Shown here piece by piece: positions 18,508 through 23,910 of a stretch of 23,910 bases of DNA. The translations under genes and the position numbers were made by a program. Position 1 is the stretch's first letter. Every line of letters starts with the position of its first letter. Source of the stretch: Oligoflexales bacterium (GTDB lineage: Bacteria; Bdellovibrionota_B; Oligoflexia; Oligoflexales; RGVZ01); contig JBIIGV010000038.1 in the NCBI GenBank assembly GCA_044236265.1, forward strand, positions 1-23,910. The letters are read 5' to 3'. The notes below the pieces were generated by a model. The model did not search any database. It saw only the letters and a list, made by a program, of their open reading frames with translations, and was not told where the DNA came from.

Positions 18508-19059
18508 TTAAATTGGCAAAAGTAGCAATCCAAAGATAAAAAAGAGTGCACTAGCTCCATACCGAATATAGTTCATCGGTAAAACTTTAATCAATCGCTC
18601 GCCCCCAAAAACACTCAGAGCGTTGGACACCATCATTCCCAGGGTACTTCCGATCGTTACCATCATGACAGACTGATGCTGCGCACCTAAGGCAATCGTC
18701 GCCAGCTGGGTTTTGTCCCCCATCTCAGCAAGAAAAAACACCACTAGTGTTGTTATGAAAGCTCCGTACTTTGGCGAACGTTCTTCATCGTCCATTTTGT
18801 CCGGAATTAGGATCCAGAGACCAAAAATGAAAAAAACTGCCGCCAGGATGTAGTGAAGCCAAACCGTCGGAACGAGTTCCGATAGCCAGGACCCAACCCA
18901 TGTGGCACCAAAATGATTTGCAATGGTCGCAAAAAAAATCGCGGCCATGATAGTCCATGGTTTCTTATAACGCAAAACAAGCAGCAAACTCAAAAGCTGG
19001 GTTTTGTCACCCATCTCTGAAATTGCGACCATTCCAAATGACTGCAAAAGAGCTGTCAA
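18508..19059 (-). CDS. TMEM165/GDT1 (UPF0016) family Mn2+/Ca2+ transporter
   Basis: Two EMGDKTQL motifs in an internally duplicated hydrophobic protein; TTG start after GAGGT. Confidence 0.93.
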   Translation of the reverse strand: MTALLQSFGMVAISEMGDKTQLLSLLLVLRYKKPWTIMAAIFFATIANHFGATWVGSWLSELVPTVWLHYILAAVFFIFGLWILIPDKMDDEERSPKYGAFITTLVVFFLAEMGDKTQLATIALGAQHQSVMMVTIGSTLGMMVSNALSVFGGERLIKVLPMNYIRYGASALFFIFGLLLLPI

Positions 19060-19071
19060 AGTTTTAACCTC

Positions 19072-19107
19072 AAAAAAAACACCGTATCGTTTACAGCGAT
19101 ACGGTGT
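19072..19107 (-). terminator. Rho-independent terminator downstream of the lipoprotein gene
   Basis: ACACCGTATCG-N7-CGATACGGTGT 11-bp stem running into a T8 tract on the - strand. Confidence 0.85.
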
Positions 19108-19142
19108 GTCTACTTAATTTATGTCGATGTGACCAGTAATTT

Positions 19143-19856
19143 TTAGCGATTATAAGCGCCGTAGCGGATCGGACGGATCGCGTTATTACCTTCGACAGTC
19201 ACTTTACCGACAATGTAGTCGTCGCGGTCGGCTGCCGAGGAATCGGTATCTTTACCCCATCCCGAGGTCAGAAGAATCGAGTAAGCGCCCTTTTTGAGGG
19301 TCACATTGCTGGCAGATGCCGTTGGAGAATTTAGAGGAATATACTGCCCTTGCAAACGGCTCGTCAGTCCATATATCTCGAATGTGTTGGTCTGGTAGTC
19401 AACACCACAAATTTTTGCGACGTTGATATTGAGAGTCGTGTTGTCATTCAATACTTCAAATTGGAAGAAATAAGCTGTGCCGGTTAGGGGCAGCTGAGAA
19501 ATTTCGTCTTTGCATGATGTGTTTTGGAACCGTCCATCACCGATGTGGAAAACCTTGTCTTGACCGAAAACAATCGTGTTGGGGTTTGGTTGACTGATTT
19601 GATCAGCTGGACCTGTTTGTGGGTTTTGTCCATTAACTGGATTTTGACCGTTGGTATTTTGTCCAAAGGGATTTTGACCATTAGGATTCTGACCGTTTGG
19701 GCTCTGACCATTCGGATTCTGACCGTTTGTATTCTGATTCTGAGTGACAGTCTCTTTGCGTTTGGAGCTTCCCCCACCAAAGAAACTAGCATTTCCACAA
19801 GCCACGGAAACCAACATGGTTACCGTCGTCACTAACAACATATTTCGATTCAACAT
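19143..19856 (-). CDS. predicted lipoprotein with Q/N-rich pentapeptide repeat linker and beta-rich C-terminal domain
   Basis: ATG 19856 after GGAG; signal peptide ending LVSVA-C (lipobox-like); GQNPN repeats; Cys pair in the C-terminal domain. Confidence 0.75.
   Translation of the reverse strand: MLNRNMLLVTTVTMLVSVACGNASFFGGGSSKRKETVTQNQNTNGQNPNGQSPNGQNPNGQNPFGQNTNGQNPVNGQNPQTGPADQISQPNPNTIVFGQDKVFHIGDGRFQNTSCKDEISQLPLTGTAYFFQFEVLNDNTTLNINVAKICGVDYQTNTFEIYGLTSRLQGQYIPLNSPTASASNVTLKKGAYSILLTSGWGKDTDSSAADRDDYIVGKVTVEGNNAIRPIRYGAYNR
19617..19742 (-). repeat. degenerate 15-nt coding tandem repeat, about 7 x GQ(N/S)(P/T)x
   Basis: QNQNTN-GQNPN-GQSPN-GQNPN-GQNPF-GQNTN-GQNPVN-GQNPQ. Confidence 0.9.
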
Positions 19857-19947
19857 AAATACGCTCCACATCAACAGTTTTTCCGCTACAACATCAAAAT
19901 GAGCTCTTGAAAGCCCACCCCAGCAACTGGGACCACGACGCGAGAGC

Positions 19948-20031
19948 AGCACCTTTTATGCCACAACGATAAGGACCTGTTTTCAGTAACTTAGCGGGTA
20001 TTTCTGCCCCCCACTGTCAGAATATTTGACA
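19948..20031 (-). promoter_or_regulatory. putative sigma54 promoter with IHF-like site and upstream palindrome
   Basis: TGGCATAAAAGGTGCT (GG-N10-GC, 19963-19948); TTTCAGTAACTTA (19981-19993) resembles IHF WATCAANNNNTTR; TGTCA-N7-TGACA (20015-20031). Confidence 0.55.
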
Positions 20032-20097
20032 CAATGTATGGAAATGGGTGATTGAAGGACCTACTTAAAACCGTGCGCTGGAGCACTTAGACCCCCT

Positions 20098-20763
20098 ATG
20101 CAAATGAATACTGTTTTCAAGAACAACCACTTTGTCGTCGTTAACAAGCCGGCAGGCACCCTAAGCACACCTTCGCGGATGGGCCGAACAGACCCACGTC
20201 CTGTTATTGGCATATTGCTGCAACAGAATCTCGGACAAAAGATATATCCGGTTCATCGCTTAGACGAGGAGGTCTCAGGACTTTTACTGTTTGCCTTGAA
20301 TGATTCCGCTCACAAGGCAGCCAATCGCTGGTTTGAGCTACACGAGGTCAGGAAAACCTATGAGGCGATTTCAGTTGTTCCATCAATAGGGCCCCCCTTC
20401 AAACCAGGAGAGGTCAACATATGGAAAAGCAAACTGATGCGTGGAAAAAAAAGAGCTTACGAGGCGGATTATGGCAAAGAATCTGTAACCAAGTCAAAAC
20501 TGGTGACATTCGATGCAAATCGATCCATCTGGCATTTGCAACCGCTGACCGGGAGGTCGCATCAGCTGCGCTATGAAATGTCCAAGCACGGCTATCCCAT
20601 CAATGGAGATGGCCTTTATGGTTCGGCTCATCCACATCAAGAAGACGGGTCAATTGCTTTGAGGGCTGTGCATCTAGATTTCTCGGCGGCAAACCAGCAC
20701 GGAGATTTTGGCCTACCGACCGCACTGTCACTGAAATCCATCGAACCGATTACTTTGATGTAA
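20098..20763 (+). CDS. RluA family RNA pseudouridine synthase
   Basis: VVNKPAG, VHRLDEEVSG (catalytic Asp), KTYEA, TGRSHQLR, GDGLYG. Confidence 0.93.
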   Translation: MQMNTVFKNNHFVVVNKPAGTLSTPSRMGRTDPRPVIGILLQQNLGQKIYPVHRLDEEVSGLLLFALNDSAHKAANRWFELHEVRKTYEAISVVPSIGPPFKPGEVNIWKSKLMRGKKRAYEADYGKESVTKSKLVTFDANRSIWHLQPLTGRSHQLRYEMSKHGYPINGDGLYGSAHPHQEDGSIALRAVHLDFSAANQHGDFGLPTALSLKSIEPITLM

Positions 20764-20768
20764 CAAAG

Positions 20769-22046
20769 TTAGTGGCTGAGTAAAGCTTCTGAAGCCTCAA
20801 AGGATCTTGATCCGAGGGCCTGCACAGGCCTTGCATTTTGCCCCACCTTTGAGCGTAACTGAGCTAGTTGAGACGCAGACACCTCAACTGAATGGTCCAA
20901 CACATACCACGATACACCCTCTGTACAAGGCGGCATGGTCAATGACCCTTCATACTTATAGTGATCAAACGTTGCAGGCAAAAGATCACGGGCACTTACC
21001 TGATTAACGACCGGTGGAGCCTCCGCCGGCAGCGAGAATTGAGAAATAATTTTATCAAACTCTTTGTGAGATGCTCCAATTTCAACAAATACGCCTAAAA
21101 TAGCGACCCTTCCGCTCGGACTTTCCAGGTAAAGCTGCATTTCCATCGGGTAGCTAAATCCATTGATCTGATGCTCACTTGGACTGTGAAATACAGTCTT
21201 CTTGACAGCATAAGTTTCACCATTGAGAGATGCCTTACTCCGCCCAGACCAGCTCACTTCGCCAGATGGACGTTTACGATCGACAGCCATGGTCTCCGAG
21301 GCCCACTTAAATCGAATCGCATTTTTGGATTTCGCGGCTTTACGTGGAATGTCGATCGGTGACTGCCATTTACCCGAGCCACACTTCGAAAACTCCGCGC
21401 TTAAAGATCCCCAATTTGAAGGACCAGTGGCACCATCGTAAGACCAAGGTTTCGGCTGCTTATCAATAGGCTCAGAATATTTGGTGGTTAAACTCTTTGC
21501 TGCCATGCCTGCAAACCACTGCGCACGTTCAGTTGAGACTCCGGCTATTGGATCACCGGAAAAATCCTCACCCATAACGGCTGATTGATGAATCCATTCA
21601 TGACTGGAACGCCAGCTCACACTAAGCAGCATAAGAACTGAGACAAAAGCGAAAAAACATCCAACCAATGGCAGACCAAAGCGCCTATAGACCAGTAAAA
21701 TATAAATCACTGCTGAACAGCTGAAGCTCAGTAAGTGAGAGGAATAAGCTAAGCCTGCCACCTCAATTTCAACGATGGAAAACACGAAATAAGCTGCGAG
21801 ACCCCAAAGTAAAGCTATCAGTCCATCAACAAAAGAGCTAACTCGGGAGGATTCGTGCTCAGACCGCAATGCCAAAAATCTGAAAAAACCAAACGAAAAA
21901 GCAAGTCCAACTAGTAGCAGCCAAACACCGAAGGGTGTTGCCCCTGCAACAAAGGTATGATGAAGGAAAATTGCAACTGAAATAGGAATGAGTGCTACCA
22001 ACGCAAAAACCCGCGGATGAACTGCCAGGTGCTCGGCGCGCTCCAT
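20769..22046 (-). CDS. multi-pass membrane protein fused to an alpha-carbonic anhydrase-like domain, probably non-catalytic
   Basis: About 5 N-terminal TM helices; WSY.G..GP..WG, C..G..QSPIDI, FHSPSEH, YEGSLTMPPCTEGVSW, NARPVQ; start uncertain (ATG 22046 after GAAGGG, or upstream ATGs). Confidence 0.85.
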   Translation of the reverse strand: MERAEHLAVHPRVFALVALIPISVAIFLHHTFVAGATPFGVWLLLVGLAFSFGFFRFLALRSEHESSRVSSFVDGLIALLWGLAAYFVFSIVEIEVAGLAYSSHLLSFSCSAVIYILLVYRRFGLPLVGCFFAFVSVLMLLSVSWRSSHEWIHQSAVMGEDFSGDPIAGVSTERAQWFAGMAAKSLTTKYSEPIDKQPKPWSYDGATGPSNWGSLSAEFSKCGSGKWQSPIDIPRKAAKSKNAIRFKWASETMAVDRKRPSGEVSWSGRSKASLNGETYAVKKTVFHSPSEHQINGFSYPMEMQLYLESPSGRVAILGVFVEIGASHKEFDKIISQFSLPAEAPPVVNQVSARDLLPATFDHYKYEGSLTMPPCTEGVSWYVLDHSVEVSASQLAQLRSKVGQNARPVQALGSRSFEASEALLSH

Positions 22047-22135
22047 GGTCCCTTCGCTCTTTGTATGTGTCTTACGCATCAAATTTATCATCCCCGTAGG
22101 GGCAGACCCTGGTGGCCTACCGAAAAACCTCAATT

Positions 22136-22162
22136 ATTTCGGCCAGCCGCTGATTTGCTTTA
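22136..22162 (-). promoter_or_regulatory. putative sigma28 (FliA)-type promoter of the CA-like gene
   Basis: - strand TAAA-N15-GCCGAAAT versus consensus TAAA-N15-GCCGATAA, with exact spacing. Confidence 0.55.
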
Positions 22163-22255
22163 GACCAAACCTGTTATTACCCTGGATTTATGGGGAAAAT
22201 TCTTATAACTTTGGAGTTATCCCAATGCTGATAACCCCCTGATCCGAGATGCATA

Positions 22256-23542
22256 ATGTCTAATTTGTCTGAAATTGATTCGACGCTCATTTTGCAAACC
22301 TTCTTAGTACTGCGAATCATCCAATACGCAGTTGAGACGTGGCTCGCGAGAAAAAATCGCGAGTGGTGGGGAGACAAATCCCGTCAGGACCAAGCAGCGA
22401 AAGCCCTGGGCATCTCAGCAGCTGACATGGAAAAAACGTCTCAATACTCTGAAGCAAAGTACGGGCTATCACGCGCTTACGCCGTTACGACTATCATCAT
22501 CTCAACACTTTTCTTCGCACTCGGCGGTTTGGGTATCACAGAAAAAGTTTCTGCGGACCTGACGACAGGGATCAATGGAGGCGTGATTGCTGAAGGGCTT
22601 ATATTTATCGGTCTGCTGACGCTTATGAGTCAAATCGTAAGTCTTCCGTTCAGCCTGTACGGCACGTTCGTGATTGAAGAAAAATTCGGTTACAACAAGC
22701 AAACCATAAAGGGATTTATTTCTGATCTCCTCAAGGGAACCGTACTCGCGGTGCTGCTAGGGTCTGGCATTCTCTCTCTCGTTTTATGGATCATGGGCAC
22801 CATGGGTTCTCTCTGGTGGCTGTACGCTTGGGCTGCTCTATCTGTGTTTAGTCTTTTCACCGCTTGGATATACCCAACGCTGCTCGCTCCCATTTTTAAC
22901 AAATTTACACCCCTGGCAGATGGCGAGCTGAAAGATCAAATAAACGCGTTGGCACAAAAAATCGGTTTTCGTACTGATGGACTTTTCGTGATGGATGCCT
23001 CGAAACGCTCCGGTCACGGCAATGCTTATTTCACAGGCGTCTTCGGCAAGAAAAGAATTGTGCTCTTCGACACGCTGCTGTCGAGCATGTCAAATCACGA
23101 GGTCGTCGCGGTCTTGGCGCACGAATTGGGACACTTCAAACTCCACCATGTAAGAACCGGAATGATTCGGGGGCTTGTCATTTCACTTCTTATCTTTGCA
23201 GGAATCGGAGCGATGCTACCCAACTCGAACTTTTACCAGGCATTTGAGCTAACAAAAGTTAGCCATTATGCCGGGCTTGTTATTTTTTCACTCTGGTTTG
23301 GCCTCATTGAATTCTACCTGCAACCAATTCAAACCTGGTTTTCCCGCAAAAACGAGTTTGCTGCCGATGAATTTGCTAAGACAACTCTTGGAACTGGAAG
23401 CCCACTGGTCGAAGCACTAAAAAAGCTAAGAGAAAAAAGCAGCGTAATGCCGATTGCTCACCCGCTATTTTCTGCGATGTATTATAGCCACCCACCCATG
23501 CTTGAGCGTATTGCAGCACTGCAGGCGAGCGAGCCTCGATAG
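22256..23542 (+). CDS. M48A family zinc metalloprotease (Ste24/CAAX prenyl protease-like)
   Basis: FVIEEKFGYNK, PIFNKF.PL, SKRSGHGNAYFTG, KRIVLFDTL, HELGH, SRKNEFAAD, SHPP..ERI. Confidence 0.94.
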   Translation: MSNLSEIDSTLILQTFLVLRIIQYAVETWLARKNREWWGDKSRQDQAAKALGISAADMEKTSQYSEAKYGLSRAYAVTTIIISTLFFALGGLGITEKVSADLTTGINGGVIAEGLIFIGLLTLMSQIVSLPFSLYGTFVIEEKFGYNKQTIKGFISDLLKGTVLAVLLGSGILSLVLWIMGTMGSLWWLYAWAALSVFSLFTAWIYPTLLAPIFNKFTPLADGELKDQINALAQKIGFRTDGLFVMDASKRSGHGNAYFTGVFGKKRIVLFDTLLSSMSNHEVVAVLAHELGHFKLHHVRTGMIRGLVISLLIFAGIGAMLPNSNFYQAFELTKVSHYAGLVIFSLWFGLIEFYLQPIQTWFSRKNEFAADEFAKTTLGTGSPLVEALKKLREKSSVMPIAHPLFSAMYYSHPPMLERIAALQASEPR

Positions 23543-23632
23543 CTCGATTCACGGTTATTAGACAATGGCAAAAAATTGAATTTTTCTATTGATTAATCAT
23601 ATGATGCGATCATCTCGAAAAACGATACTCAC

Positions 23633-23670
23633 TGAAACATGCTAAACTTAATAGCATGTTTCATTTTTTT
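23633..23670 (+). terminator. Rho-independent terminator-like hairpin
   Basis: TGAAACATGCTA-N7-TAGCATGTTTCA 12-bp stem followed by T7. Confidence 0.75.
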
Positions 23671-23700
23671 ACCGCACGTACAGCGAAAGGAAAGCCCATC

Positions 23701-23910
23701 ATGCCAGCAACAAACAAAAAGCTGAGACCACTCGAGGTTTTGATCGCCGCAGTCGTTACAACCGGGAGTGCCGAGGCTGCGTCTGTCAGTGTTGGGGCCT
23801 ACGCTGTTGCCAACCACTCTAGCTGTGGTGCTGGAAATATCCCCGGAACAATTGAGGAAATGAATCGCTTCTTCGCTAGCCCCGACCTTCCCGCTGACAT
23901 GCAAAAGAAT
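23701..23910 (+). CDS. secreted hypothetical protein, N-terminus (runs off the window; not in the ORF track)
   Basis: SD AAAGGA, ATG 23701, open frame MPATNKKLRPLEVLIAAVVTTGSAEA|ASVSVGAYAVANHSSCGAGNIPG... with a Sec signal peptide and A-E-A cleavage site. Confidence 0.7.
   Translation, partial: MPATNKKLRPLEVLIAAVVTTGSAEAASVSVGAYAVANHSSCGAGNIPGTIEEMNRFFASPDLPADMQKN

Noticed and set aside
19617..19742. 15-nt periodic repeat as a CRISPR array or VNTR
   Set aside because: No spacers; in-frame coding repeat with synonymous variation. The overlapping ORFs 19484..19798 and 19524..19835 are shadows of it.
724..22902. Numerous short alternative-frame and antisense ORFs in the ORF track
   Set aside because: They lie within or largely overlap well-supported genes and show no motifs or RBS support
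22256..23542. Ste24-like protease as another eukaryote-derived gene
   Set aside because: M48A/Ste24-like proteins are widespread in bacteria, and nothing here is unusual
23566..23580. TGGCA...TTGAA as a sigma54 promoter
   Set aside because: Lacks GC at -12 and has the wrong spacing
23629..23904. 91-aa minus-strand ORF
   Set aside because: Antisense to a better-supported + strand ORF with SD and signal peptide, and it overlaps a terminator hairpin
1..23910. Mobile elements, prophage, defence systems, tRNA/rRNA
   Set aside because: No integrase, transposase, phage, nuclease or structural RNA signatures seen

Overview
Compact bacterial chromosomal segment of moderate GC content, plausibly Bdellovibrionota/Oligoflexia-like (inferred from gene content only). 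In order it carries the 3' end of mnmA, a Yej/Dpp-type peptide ABC operon, Lon behind a near-consensus sigma32 promoter, MTHFR, sufE, a dihydroorotase-family gene, folE2, a TIGR03545/TIGR03546 pair, a conserved hypothetical membrane protein, a GDT1/TMEM165 transporter, a Q/N-repeat lipoprotein, an RluA-family pseudouridine synthase, a membrane-fused alpha-carbonic-anhydrase-like protein, an M48/Ste24 protease and the start of a secreted protein. I found no mobile elements, CRISPR arrays or structural RNAs. Three things stand out: (1) a eukaryote-type two-domain MTHFR with the C-terminal SAM-binding regulatory domain; (2) a 5-TM-anchored alpha-CA domain lacking two of three Zn ligands, so CARP-like, behind a sigma28-type promoter; (3) a dihydroorotase with His->Gln in its first metal motif. 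Promoter-like motifs for sigma70, sigma32, sigma54 and sigma28 can be read directly from the intergenic DNA.
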